In this document: one piece after another, positions 24,471 to 36,439 of the stretch | Numbering within the stretch: the stretch's first letter is position 1 | Layout of the letters: each line of letters starts with the position of its first letter | Assembly: GCA_030295235.1 (NCBI GenBank) | Contig: AP026145.1 | Coordinates: 806,001 to 870,000, forward strand | From: Fistulifera solaris | Lineage: Eukaryota | Direction of reading: 5' to 3' | DNA: 64,000 nt | Notes under the pieces: generated by a model | Seen by the model: the letters and a program-made list of their open reading frames with translations, nothing else | Told to the model about the DNA's origin: nothing | The model's database searches: none | Made by a program: the position numbers and the translations under genes

Positions 24471-24632
24471 TGTGGATTGGTTTTTGTGAGTCCCGAAGGA
24501 ACCCGGACCTTGACTGCGGTCGGTTGATTTGGCAAATGCAACATTTTTTTACGACACATTTGCTGCTACAGTACGTCAAAAGGCTTAGCCAAAGGGGCTA
24601 TTATCTTGGGGGACAGAACAATTCAAGACGAA

Positions 24633-25796
24633 ATGAGAGCTGAAATTATCAGCGACGACGGGGAGGGATCTTCGCAACAAGCAGAACAAAATGCAATTCT
24701 TGCTGAGATAGAATGCGTGACAAACGAGATGAACGCCAGGTCGAAAGCTCAACAACCTTTCACGGAAGAGGAGCTTCTTGGCTTGCAACAGTCTTTGTTG
24801 AATCTAGGGAAAGCATTCGATGAAGCCAACTTTACGGAATTTTGGTCCGCCGTCGCGCATATTCCTCATACAACAGACTGGGATGTTACTTTGCAGAATG
24901 CAGAAAGGCTCAAAGTTCTTCTAAATTTGGGTGCCGATCTGACCGGTGAGAAATGGCTTCATCGCGTACTAGATGATGGTCACTGGAAGACGGCATCGTC
25001 TATGGAGACACCGTTTGTTGTTCTCGTGACAGGTTTAAACGGAATTCGAAAGTCCACGGCGTTGTATCAACCTTGGTTTTCCCATGTGCTTCGTGAAGCC
25101 TTGGGCTCTGGTGTCGACGGCAATTTCAGCGAAAACAAACCCACAGGAAGAAACTCCTTCTTTCGACAGCTCGATTATGTGATGGCCACCGCCTGCAACG
25201 AAGAATTCTCTCGTCTTTACAAATTCGCAAAATCAATGGAGGCCATGGGAGTCTCGGAAGAAACATCACTTCGGCGTTACAGCGACTTGAAAGCAGCTAT
25301 CTTTTCGAGATATCGGACTGTAGCAGAGCTCTTGGGAATCGTTTTGCTTCAGATAGCACAGAATGAATCAAAAAATTGCATAATGGAAACGTCAGGAAGA
25401 AATGAGGCCATGTTTGCATACATTGACCGACTCTATCAGGATACAAAATACCAAAAACTGGCGCTACGTTTCGTAGTTAATGATATCGAGGCGGCTCAAA
25501 AAAGTGTGGATCGGCGAATGCGACAAGAAATGATGACAGGACAGCGCGCACGTGTTCCAGAAGAGGTTGTGAGAGTTAATCAAGGAGGTCCGTACGGGAG
25601 TGACGTGCTACCCGATGTGCAATTTGAGTCAGAGAATGTGTGGAAACAGGTTGAGACTGGCGCAATAGCAACGGACTGGCTAAAAGCCACCATATATATT
25701 GATGCCAACGACAAAGAGCCATGGACAGCGCGCGCACTCCGTCCAGACGGAACACACGGAAAGGTGTACGCGTATGAACCCTTACACTGTACATAA
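24633..25796 (+). CDS. P-loop NTPase, zeta-toxin/kinase-like, of unknown function
   Basis: Walker-A-like VLVTGLNGIRKST, IMETSG and AQKSVDRR lid-like motif. Confidence 0.65.
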   Translation: MRAEIISDDGEGSSQQAEQNAILAEIECVTNEMNARSKAQQPFTEEELLGLQQSLLNLGKAFDEANFTEFWSAVAHIPHTTDWDVTLQNAERLKVLLNLGADLTGEKWLHRVLDDGHWKTASSMETPFVVLVTGLNGIRKSTALYQPWFSHVLREALGSGVDGNFSENKPTGRNSFFRQLDYVMATACNEEFSRLYKFAKSMEAMGVSEETSLRRYSDLKAAIFSRYRTVAELLGIVLLQIAQNESKNCIMETSGRNEAMFAYIDRLYQDTKYQKLALRFVVNDIEAAQKSVDRRMRQEMMTGQRARVPEEVVRVNQGGPYGSDVLPDVQFESENVWKQVETGAIATDWLKATIYIDANDKEPWTARALRPDGTHGKVYAYEPLHCT

Positions 25797-25879
25797 TGGC
25801 ACGGAAATTCATCAATAACTCTTTGTTAATCCGTATCAGTCTAGCTTGGAGAGACTGAAGAAGCTTTGTAGCTTCATAA

Positions 25880-27424
25880 CTATACGTAAAGAGAGCCTTG
25901 CATGACAGTAACGGCCCATCCGGTCAGCCTCACTCTTTCGTTCTCTATCAGTTGACACTCAACTATACCGCCTCGCTTAGATGCCTGCTTCCCGATGAGC
26001 TTTTCTTTCGATTCCGTCCAAAAATGCGGAGCGAGAGCGCAATGCGCCGAGCCTGTTACGGGGTCTTCATTAATCCCTGCTTTCGGCGCGAAGAACCGTG
26101 ATAAAAAATCAACACCTTCCTCGTTCGACGTTGCACGACAACATACGATAACGCCACGACTGTAACCGCCCCATAGGAGGAAGGCCGAAAAGTCGATCCC
26201 AACAGTGTCAAGACTAGCAAAAGCTTCCGGTGTCAATTCTATCAACAAGTCGCCCAGTTCCCTCGAGAGACCCGTGTAAAGAATGCCTTCAGAAGGTATT
26301 TTGGCAGCTGCCATCACCATGTTTTTGACTGCGTCTTTGTCTTCGTCAGACTCAAGTTCTGTTGCAGGCTGTATTGGAAACTCCATAGCGATTGAAGTCA
26401 TGCGAGAATTCGACATATTACTCCAGTTGCACGTTAAGAATGTACGAGTCTTCGTCTCAAACACAATCGGTGTCTCGCTCGTACAAATGTTATTTTGATA
26501 CAAAACAGCGGCCGAAGCCAACGTAGCGTGTCCACACAACTCTACCTCCGTCATAGGAGTAAAATACCGTATCCCAAAAGTAGCAAAAGCATCATTCGAA
26601 GGCAGAATGAACGCTGTCTCGCTTAAATTGAACTGCGCCGCTACTTTTTGCATCCATTCCTGTTTTGCCATAAAAGCTTCCTCCATGACGTTGCTCCCAG
26701 CTCTATCGACTGCAGGTAGTATTACTACTCCAGCAGGGTTTCCTAATGTTGAACCAGTCCCGAAAGCATTTACGTGGAAGCACGGGATAGTTGGCAGTGT
26801 ATATTCACATTCATACCATAAATCTTTGCCATGAACGATCGGACTCGGTCGTTTCACCGCAAATCCTGCGCGAATATAAAATTCCAATAAATGACTTTTT
26901 GCCAATAAAATGATCTGCTCCATCGGGAATGGTAAAGTCGAGTTGAGGGCGGTAACCGACTTTAAATAGTCTTGTAACAAAGCAGTGGCAACACCCTGAT
27001 TTCGATATTCCGGATGTACAGCTACGCTGTGAAGTGCTAATTGCGGACCCCAAGGAACATGCGTCGTGAAACTTTCTGCTGATAATCCGCGACACCTAGT
27101 ACTGCAAACGAAGCCGATTAAAATAGCGTCTTCGTGGTCTTCCTCCTCGTCCTTGTGCTGCTCTTTCGCCTCAAGCGTAGGATACAGCACAGCGCAGCGA
27201 AAATACGGAGCTGCATGATGTTGACGATACTGCAGCGTAGACTTTGATGCCTGCTCGTCATCTGGATACGAATTTGACTCAATTTCAAAGCAGATAGGTA
27301 TGTCTGTCGGTCGGACTTCTCGAAAGAGGATGCGATCGAGTATTGTTGTACGAGAAGAAGGCTCCGCAGCAATACTTTCCGTTGCTGCTGCCGCTACCGT
27401 GAGCTCGCCATTCTGTGGCTTCAT
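25880..27424 (-). CDS. GNAT (AANAT/polyamine acetyltransferase-like) fused to PhzF/PBLD-like epimerase
   Basis: N-terminal LALHSVAVHPEYRNQGVATALL and FYIRAGF. C-terminal GNPAGV, NLSETAF, RYFTP..EVELCGHATLAS, RFFAPKAGINEDPVTGSAHC and QASKRGG. Confidence 0.9.
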   Translation of the reverse strand: MKPQNGELTVAAAATESIAAEPSSRTTILDRILFREVRPTDIPICFEIESNSYPDDEQASKSTLQYRQHHAAPYFRCAVLYPTLEAKEQHKDEEEDHEDAILIGFVCSTRCRGLSAESFTTHVPWGPQLALHSVAVHPEYRNQGVATALLQDYLKSVTALNSTLPFPMEQIILLAKSHLLEFYIRAGFAVKRPSPIVHGKDLWYECEYTLPTIPCFHVNAFGTGSTLGNPAGVVILPAVDRAGSNVMEEAFMAKQEWMQKVAAQFNLSETAFILPSNDAFATFGIRYFTPMTEVELCGHATLASAAVLYQNNICTSETPIVFETKTRTFLTCNWSNMSNSRMTSIAMEFPIQPATELESDEDKDAVKNMVMAAAKIPSEGILYTGLSRELGDLLIELTPEAFASLDTVGIDFSAFLLWGGYSRGVIVCCRATSNEEGVDFLSRFFAPKAGINEDPVTGSAHCALAPHFWTESKEKLIGKQASKRGGIVECQLIENERVRLTGWAVTVMQGSLYV

Positions 27425-27966
27425 ATTTCGCTAATGAATTATCAGCAAAAGGTGACAAACAAGTATTATACAGACTAGTTGGTTGACTAATAAGTAGAAG
27501 CCTCCTTGTCTACTGTGTTACATTTCGTTTTGCTGCGAAAATTCGAAGCGCTCATTTTCGTGGGGTCACCGTCATCGCGCGTCGTCGCGGTAAACCTCTT
27601 TTCCTCACCTCAAAATACCTGTGCGTCACTTCGAAGCTACATTACTTAGACATCCGGGTACCGATAAGCAGATCGTTTGCTAGCTAAAGAACACCATTCG
27701 GTACTCGTACGCACGATAAAGAACAATAAAGAAAGTCGCGCACAAGTTCGCGCGCTATCAAGAGTATCGGAACGGTACCCATCTTTCTTTGCTTAGAAAA
27801 CGAGATCAATCAACCGTTGAGCGTTGAGTCTTGAATCGTCCTTTGTCAGCTTTCTCTCTGGAGCTTATGCTGGCGCTAAGGTTTAGAATGCCTCTAGCAT
27901 CTACTATGTCCAATAGGATAACTAAGTATTTCATAAAATTTATGAGATTAGGGTGTTATGCTTTTT

Positions 27967-28695
27967 TTAATTTACAGAATTCGCATGAGGCTTAGAAGAG
28001 ACTGATCTAGGCCGTCCAGAAAGATTCTTCTGGCTAGTACGCTGCCGTGTAGTCTTTCTTTTGATTTCTCTCGGTTCTAAACTCCGACTTGAGTAGCGCC
28101 GAGGGTCTCTTAGTCGATCCACTGTAGCCTGCGACAAAAGTGGTACACCATTTCTCATTGGACCATTCCGTATTGAATAGTCAATTATAGGTGTGACTGG
28201 CAAGGACTCCTGCGTTGATTCGACGCCATTTCTTTCCTTTTGTTGAGGATTCTGTGCCTCCGTTGATATCAAGGCACTACTGCTTGTTGGTATGGATTGT
28301 TGATCGCTTTCTTGTTCAGCGGGTTCTTGCTGGGGGCTTTGTGCATTATTGACAACTGTTATGACCGTTGGGGGTTCCATCCAACTTGTACCAATTGTAT
28401 CACTTGCAAAGTTGACCCTTTTTCCTGTCCATTTGATCTCTTCAACGAATCGAATGCATTCCGCTCGATAGGATCCGCTGTAGTCCGTTGAATCGCACGT
28501 TGCGGCTTGAGAAGAATTGTCATCGTCTACTTGCGCTACAGCAGCAACTTTCTTTGATTTCTTTTCCTTCGTGGCAGCTTTCTTGTAGGGTCGAATGAAC
28601 TGAAACAGCGTCTTCTTATGCAACAACCAGAGAGCCAGGCAGAGCAAGAACGAGATGATCTCGTCGGCGGAGATTGTAATCGTGATGCTTAGCAT
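27967..28695 (-). CDS. Hypothetical protein with N-terminal membrane anchor
   Basis: 242-aa ORF with hydrophobic IISFLLCLALWLL followed by a disordered region. Contains KRVNF. Confidence 0.5.
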   Translation of the reverse strand: MLSITITISADEIISFLLCLALWLLHKKTLFQFIRPYKKAATKEKKSKKVAAVAQVDDDNSSQAATCDSTDYSGSYRAECIRFVEEIKWTGKRVNFASDTIGTSWMEPPTVITVVNNAQSPQQEPAEQESDQQSIPTSSSALISTEAQNPQQKERNGVESTQESLPVTPIIDYSIRNGPMRNGVPLLSQATVDRLRDPRRYSSRSLEPREIKRKTTRQRTSQKNLSGRPRSVSSKPHANSVN

Positions 28696-29129
28696 TCCTC
28701 TCAGCGAGCTCGTATGCTTGATTGATGATATTTCTGCTTTGATTGCAAATTTATGACAAGAGTGAAAGGTTTATTGGTGTGCTGGTTGTAACATGGTGGT
28801 TCGTGCGGTTTTCTTTTGTTGCGGTGTTGGCGATGAAAACGAATGAATGTGCTATTGGCGGGATTCAAAATAAAAACTGCAACGGTAACGTCACATGACG
28901 CATAATACAGGACTCAAACACATGCACGACTAATTTACAAGGGCGTGTTTGTCGTCTGTCGTCCATCCACCGCCGCATTATTTGTGCGCATTTTGCGAAA
29001 CATTATTGCAACACAACAACAATAAGAAAAAGAACTTGAGCAATTTTATCGCATCATTCGAATGAGAAGCGATATAATACTTGATTCTTCTCCCAGGGCT
29101 ACCTAAGATTGAAGATTAAATAGGATGAG

Positions 29130-32100
29130 ATGACGTCGATGGATGAGGATCGGTCGAGCACAGAGAATGAGACTCCTGTCGATCCGTGGGTCGTGATGCT
29201 GGTGGGTCGTCAATGGGAGATCTATTGGGAACTCAATAGTGATTATGAAGATGATTGGTATGATGCGGTATGTCCTCACAGACTGAGTCGAAAACACACT
29301 GTGATACAACCTCTCTCACAGTCGTAACTTTTCACAGCGCATCGAAGCATTTCTCCGACAAACTCCCGAAGGCACATTCTTGTTTCGAGTTTCCTTTGTG
29401 GGAGACGATCAAACATGCGAGATGATTTTATCACCCAATATAGTTCGTCCGCGCAATGGAGTAACCGATTCGTCTGCTGCTACTATTGAATGGGCACAAG
29501 GGTTGGTGGGGACGGACATTGAAATTGATTGGAGAAAAGACGCGGAAGAAGGGAAAGCCAAGGTTGCTAACGAAGAGGAGTCTGATGAAAAAGGTTGGTA
29601 TGTAGCAACCATCCTCGCATTTGATCAAGGCAAGCGACTCTTCAAAGTCAAGTTCGAGGGAGAAGACGATCTTTACGAAATGCATTTGAAGCCGGAGCTG
29701 GTCCGGCCTTCTGCTGTGGCTTGGGTCAAGCGGTCGCTGGCGTTGTTGCAGCTCGAAACGGAATCCTTCCAAGAATGGATACAAGCATTACCCCCTGATA
29801 CTAGCATGTTGGAAGACGGCACGAAAATAGCGGAAATAAAGCAAGCGAAGCAGATAATAAATGCGGCTGAAGAGTCGACTTGGATCCGGCAGTGGATTGG
29901 TCTTATTCAGGCACAACTTCATTTAAGATCACGGCTGGCACCGATTGAACGAGAAAAACGGCGTCGAACTGTAGATGGGATTCCGGCTCCGACGGAAACA
30001 TATGTCGACTATCTTGTTCAGTGCTTAAAGCAGCACGAGGACTGTGCTTCATGGTATTTAGAGTGCGAAAAATTAATCGAGGATGCGAATCAGGCGACCA
30101 CTGAAACAAAATGGTCAAGTGATTTCGTATTTGATGTTGTGATAAAGCGTGGTTGTGACTCGTTGGAGTTGCTCAAAACAGTGGATACATCGGTCTCGGG
30201 GTCGAAAAGGAGTAGAAGCAGGACTTCGCCGACTGGACGGCGGGCGAAAAGACGGCGCAAAGCGATCAAAGAGTTTTGGACAACCGAGGGACAGCTGCAT
30301 GAGGAATTTGATGTGCAAGACTTGAGATCCTTTTCAACATTTCAGCGTTTTACAGATCAGACGACTGTCATAGATAGACGGTGGTATTTCGCTACTTTGG
30401 TAGGGATGCTGAAAATGGGTTACACTTGTTTAATTGCACCTCTTCGAGAATGGAAGTGGCGTGTTGAGTATGCTCTTGGAGAAAGAGACGATCCTTATGA
30501 CAAAGCGACAGCAAGCGATGGAGAAAGTACGGACCAGGATGACGGGGAAGTAGAACTTGTCAATGATCAAGCCACAGTTTTTGTAAGCTACGATGATGTT
30601 CACGCATTGATGGATCAAGCAAAGGCAGATAATGTGCTCAGCAAGTTTGATTTGGATGTAACTCAACTTTCTTCAAGGATGAAGCTTATTCTAGAGTTCG
30701 AAAAACGTGGAACACGGCTTGTTTCATCCGTGTTCGACGAACCTGTCACGATGCTTGACAAAGAACAAGATATTATTTGCTTGCAACTAAGACAGCTTTA
30801 CAAAGAGAGCAGTGCACCAGAACTGATGCATATTCATCCATTGGGAAGGGTCACATCGTCTCTCTCTCGTTTTGTCATACGGCATGCTCTTTTATACAGA
30901 GAATGGTTTTTGGATCTTCATTACGCAGAAACACAGCGTGAACGCGTCGCTTTTATTGAAAACGTCGTATCACGATGGTCCTACTTGCGTCCCATCAACT
31001 TGAAGGAAATCGAGGGACGATCGGATGAAATTTTCCAAAGATTAAAAATGTTGTCTGCCAGGTGCACGGATCGCTCTGTGTTGTTCGATAAAATTTCAAC
31101 CTTGTTGAACGAACGAAGTCAAGACGCACGTCAGGGCGGACTGCTGTCTGAATTAGAGGTCGAAAAAGCCCGCGAAGAGTTCACTGGCGTCGCTGTTCTT
31201 TCGCTCGCCGAAGAGAAGCTGGTGTCAAGATGTGATATGCTGCGCTGGAAACAAAAAGCAAATTTATTTATGAAAGAGGACCACCATTTCTTTTCTGATT
31301 TGGAACTGCTCTACAATGAGCTGGAAGCTTTGTTGCTCGGAAACTCCGTCTCGCGGACGGCATTGACAAAAGGACTTCGACAAAATGTTTTTGTTGAAAA
31401 CGAAATTCGTGCTTTTGTAAAATGTGATGATGAGGTCATTAACGGGAGCTTGAGCACCCGATTGCGTTCTCTTTATCAAAAATCGTCAATTTGGAAGGAG
31501 CGTACAGAAAATATCATTTGTGCTCTGCTAGGCTTTGGAAATGAGAGCTTAGCTGACTGCAATGTACAGCCGAAACATGGATCAATGATAGACATACGGC
31601 GGATCGCAGATCTTCTGCATGAATACGAGGATCTAGAAGTCGATATTTCTTCCTGGAATAATTTGCTACGACGGGTCCATGATGACGCGATGGAGTGGTG
31701 CCATTCCATCGCATCTTGTTTAAAGGACTCGTGCCAATCCTTTGAAGCATGCTTGCAAGCCGCACAAGTTCTCAACTCAAAGCGACCAAAAGGAATCATT
31801 ATTGATCCAACCAAACCAATCTACGAGCTGATTGTAGAACTGCTGCAATGGTACATTGCGGTTAAAGCGTTAGTTAGTTCCCCAAATGCCAACAAAGATG
31901 CAGTCGCTTCCCTGCTACTTCAAGGAATAGAGGTTGTGAAGTATTTCGGCGACAAGAAGTTGACGCAATCAATGATAAAAATAGCCCCCGACACTTCAAG
32001 CTTCATTATGAAGCAAGTTTCTACAAGTCGACCGGCCAGGCTACTATCGTTGAGTAAACTTGGAAGCTCGGAATTTCTTTGCCATATCTTGAACCGCATG

Positions 32101-35100
32101 GTGGACGATTGCCAGGACGACCATGAAAGGCATCCATTTTTGTTGTTGCTTTTCTGGTTATGGTTACTGCATATTGAAGAGTTTATCGAAGACGCTAATG
32201 GATCAACAAAAGGAGGCAAGAAAGCAACGCTTGGACGAGCCAAAAGTTTGCTATCAGAGCAACCCATACCTGCGACGCATATACATGAAGTTTTGGTTGT
32301 GCCTAAAGCAGTTGACGTGGTCGAGCAACTCAGACAATTGATCACGACTGCTGAGGATGTTGTCAAAACGACAGAGGAATGTCTCAACGCTTCACGAAAT
32401 CTACTCCGTATCGCGTCTAGCAACGAAGCCGCCGTACGAAATCATTATCAAGAGCTTAAAGATACGCTCACAAAGTTGAAAACTCGATACAAGGAAGGTA
32501 GCGGCATTATTCTGGAGCGGTCTCTCGAAACTCAAGTCGAACAGATGTCGAAAGTATTCTCATGGCTTGTACGTACATTTGTTTCCTACTTTCGTCATCA
32601 CCGTCATCATTCATTTCGTCTCTCACTGTACACGTCAGACCAGGACATTTTCTTATCCTTTTCTCCATTCGCACGATCCGTCGCTGTGGCAGGGCGAGCA
32701 CGTTAAGGACGATCCTCGTGTTCCGTGGGACGCTCTTGTTTCGCTTGTAAGTCAGTCGCCTAATATCGGGGAAGAACAAGGTGACCTGGCGTGCATTAAA
32801 CTGAGAGTAAAGGAACTGCATGATGAAGCACTGAAATGGCAGGAAGAGATATCCAGTCTTACTATGCTTTCACTCAGAGGGGGGAAACGACGAAGCCCGG
32901 GCTCCCCAGAAGACACGAAAGACTCATGTATCATCGACATGAGCAAAGTGGAAGAATTGTGCAAGCATTCTATTCTTACTAAGGTGAGTTCGCGAGCTGA
33001 AAGCTTACACACCACTAAGTCTTACTCACAATTTTCATTCAAGGTCTCATTCCCCAGGGAGGAGAGTATTCGGGACATGTTACATAGGTCGAAAGAATTC
33101 GAGTTGGCTCTATTTGATTTTCTTGGAAGAGACTATGATGGTGCAAACGCCGACAGATCTGCTCTTCCTGAAGCCGGCTCTCTGATTGCCTCGGATGGTT
33201 CTTTTTCTTCCTTTGCGACTTACTGGAAGTCCGATGTATCAAGATATGATATCCGCCATAGACAAAATATCGCTCATAGCTGAGAATGTTTTTGCGCACA
33301 CACCCGGGAAGGCTGCCTTTGATTGGATATGCTCAGCAGTTTCATGGATTGAATCGCTGAACAGAGCGTTGGTGATTTCCGAGCACGACTTGACAGAGGA
33401 AAGTGCTAAAAAGATTACTATCACCAAAGATGTTGCTTCACAATTGCTGCATGAAGGGAAAGAGGTATTTGTTGATGTACCCGAGGACCTTCGAAGGACT
33501 TTGAATGGACATAAAATATACATTTCGCATGCGAAAGAAGGAACGATGACTGTTAAGCCCCGAAAGGGCGGGGCTCATCACGCTCTTGGTGTTGTTGCAG
33601 TTCGTTGGTGCCCACTGCTATTTGAATCTCTCAAGTCAGACTTCGAAGCTTTGAAGGAGTGGGAGCTACTGTTAATGACCGTTGCATTAACTTATAATTG
33701 TATCCGACCAGCGCTCACAGATAACAGCGATCAGGGGCCCGAAGACACCAGTATTGATTGGGTATTTGACATGCGGGAGGCTTTAAAGGATCTGGTTCAC
33801 GACTTAAAAGGTCTTGTAATTATGCCCTCATCGAAAGATATTGAGTCTGTAAATAGTCTTCTGGACGATTTGGAAACAAGGGTGATGCCACATCTGAACG
33901 TGGCGACCACGACTTCGCACTTGAATCACAAGTATGCGGAGGGGCCAATCGTTATCAAGTCAAGATTTCGTCGTCTAGATGCCTTGATGGCCAGGCAACG
34001 TCTTTGTCAAAAGCGGCGTACGGTTTCACTCACTGATATTGGCTCGGACGAAATATCGGGTGGAAGACCCGCCGCGAAGCGACTGCTATTTGCAGCATTA
34101 AGGAAAAGCATGGCGGGGCTCAATATACCCGATGACGATGATACAGTGTATCATTGTTGCGCAATAGCCTTGGAAATAGAAAATGCCGCGTGCGATGCTT
34201 TTTTGGAAAGTGCTAGCTGCGACACGATAAATGCACATTACAAGGAGAAGATAAAGGCAGTAAAGCGGAGCCTCGAGGACCCACGCAACAAAATATTGCA
34301 AGCTAGAGTATTGACGGGTGATATTACGCCCGAGAAATTAGTTGCCATGTCTGTTGAAGAACTGGCCAATCCAGTGACGCAAATGCAACGTGCTGCTGCA
34401 GAGTCCAGGCAAAATAATATTTTAGTTGCTCCACCTACAGCAACACGCCATTCGAGTCTTGAACGGGAAACCCCAACTGCTTCAAGCAATAGTACGAACA
34501 CGGAAAATCCGCCATTGCCCGCGGATAAGCCCAATGTTCCTATTGAAACACACCGAACGCTTCCCCCTCCGCCCAAAGCCTCTGCGTTCCGTGACTTGGC
34601 ACGCGCCGCGCAAAACGCTGCACGAAAACCTCCACCTCCTCCACCCGCTTCGCTCGTCTCCAATCTCGTCGCTCCGGTCGAACGCCAAAGCCACGCCGTC
34701 ACCAACGCGAATGGAAGTTACCAATTCCGCCTCACCGTCGGTGGCTCCTATCATTTCACGGCGGAATTTCATGCCGAAGCCCGGATGGATCCGTACGTGG
34801 CCCAGTTCATACCGGAAGTCTTGGTCGAAACCCGACGATCTCCGTGGAATGTTTTGGATCAATTTCTGCGCGAGAAACTGCGTTCCGGCAAATACGAAAT
34901 TGTGGTTCTGCGCGTGGTACCGTGCTCCGACAAGGACGCCCGCATCTTGGACTCGTTTGCGAGAGATTACGAGCATCGCGACCGTGTCTCGACGTGTCAA
35001 GCTCAAGACGAGAAACTGTACGTGATGACACCCCGATTTCAAAGTTTATTGCGTGATGTAGTGCACTTTAAAACCATTCCGGGGACGTATGTGATTTGGA

Positions 35101-35117
35101 TTCGTTTGTTGTTGTGA
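29130..35117 (+). CDS. Large nuclear protein: tandem Tudor-like domains, helical repeats, TFIIS central domain and SPOC domain
   Basis: Introns 29268-29337, ~32569-32643 and ~32984-33043. Frameshift near 33200. TFIIS-M motif YKEKIKAVKRSLEDPRNKILQARVLTGDITPEKLVAMSVEELAN. SPOC-like C-terminus ending KLYVMTP. Confidence 0.7.
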
Positions 35118-35377
35118 ACGACATTGTATAATAGAAGACTGTTTTTGTTACAACCTTTAGTTATAGTCCGTACTGTACTCTTTAATTAGCTTGAGCCAAG
35201 GTTTGTATACGTAGAGGAAGACGAGCGACGGACAAACTGATCGTCATATTGCTCGCCATTTTCGCTTTTCGCACTTTTTCATTCTTTTTCTGTCTCTTCA
35301 TTCCTATTATCATCAAGTTTTATCAATTTTTCCTTATCATCTCTTTTTCTTCCTTTCTATTCACAAACACAACAATC

Positions 35378-36328
35378 ATGCCCCCCGTTCTGGATCCCTC
35401 TCAATCGAAAGTAGACGGTCTCGCGTTTTTAGGCTTGAGTTTCGCACGCGCTTCGGAGGTTGGTCACCCCGACAGTGTGACACACCAAACAGCGTTTGAT
35501 TTGAATGACATTCAAGATCGTGCCTACGAATATGTGTTTAGTACTAATGACGATGGCTGGCTCGTGGGAGGTGGGGAACCGTTGGATTCGTATAAATTAC
35601 CGGCCCCCGATAGTGCTCACGTGGAAATTATGCGCATCGGGACGTATCGACCCGAATGGGGTGGTCTCGATCGTGAGAAACTCATTGCGGCATTGCAATC
35701 GGGTGATATATTGATTCCGCAGATTGAAGTGGTTCCAACAGCCGTCGTGGCGAATGGAGATGTACCTCCGGAACTGGAAATACGATTCGATATGGACTAT
35801 GAAGTGGGTTCCGAAGACGAGTTCGTGAAGAGCAACGATGATCTTCCGGTCAATTGGCAGTTGCGATTTTTACACAATCAATTGTTTCACAAATTCCAAT
35901 TTCCTTCTCGTTTTTGTCCCGGTGCACATCATTCGACGATATTGCGCAAAGCCGAATTTCGAAGTTCCGCGCATCGGGATACTTATTTTCAACAATGCAA
36001 CAAAGTCGTCCGTCAGTGGAGACAACAGGGTGTTCAGCCTCTCGTGTGGGATCCCGCGAATGATACACCCGGAATTCAACGTCTGGCGTGTCAGTATCAA
36101 GGTCAAGTCGTTCATGAACCGGCGTATCAGTCCGGTCTGTACTTGTTTACCGATCGCACCCGCATTACGCATCATTTTGCTCCCAACTTTTTACCGCCCT
36201 ACAATACACCCGAAAAGCGTCACATCATTTACCAGTTCTTGAAAGAGCAGTGGAACGAAACGACACTATCGTGGCAACCCGTTGTCGCGAAGAAACGGAA
36301 ACTGGACGACGAACCGACGCGTGAATGA
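35378..36328 (+). CDS. Hypothetical protein (possible 2H-phosphoesterase-like)
   Basis: 316-aa ORF from ATG 35378 containing AHVEI and HHST motifs and a C-terminal KKRKL NLS-like signal. Confidence 0.55.
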   Translation: MPPVLDPSQSKVDGLAFLGLSFARASEVGHPDSVTHQTAFDLNDIQDRAYEYVFSTNDDGWLVGGGEPLDSYKLPAPDSAHVEIMRIGTYRPEWGGLDREKLIAALQSGDILIPQIEVVPTAVVANGDVPPELEIRFDMDYEVGSEDEFVKSNDDLPVNWQLRFLHNQLFHKFQFPSRFCPGAHHSTILRKAEFRSSAHRDTYFQQCNKVVRQWRQQGVQPLVWDPANDTPGIQRLACQYQGQVVHEPAYQSGLYLFTDRTRITHHFAPNFLPPYNTPEKRHIIYQFLKEQWNETTLSWQPVVAKKRKLDDEPTRE

Positions 36329-36439
36329 AGAACATCTTACAATGGCGATCTGAAAAGACAAACGTAATTTTTCTAAAGTTAATTAAAACGCTCATCATCA
36401 AAGCCGGTTTCATGTCTGCGACGCGTCGATCATTATTAT

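Noticed and set aside
25880..27424. PhzF as evidence of a phenazine biosynthesis cluster
   Set aside because: No other phz genes nearby, and PhzF-like proteins are widespread in eukaryotes.
28405..28425. KRVNF as a PP1-docking RVxF motif in the hypothetical membrane protein
   Set aside because: The motif is too short and common to support without conservation data.
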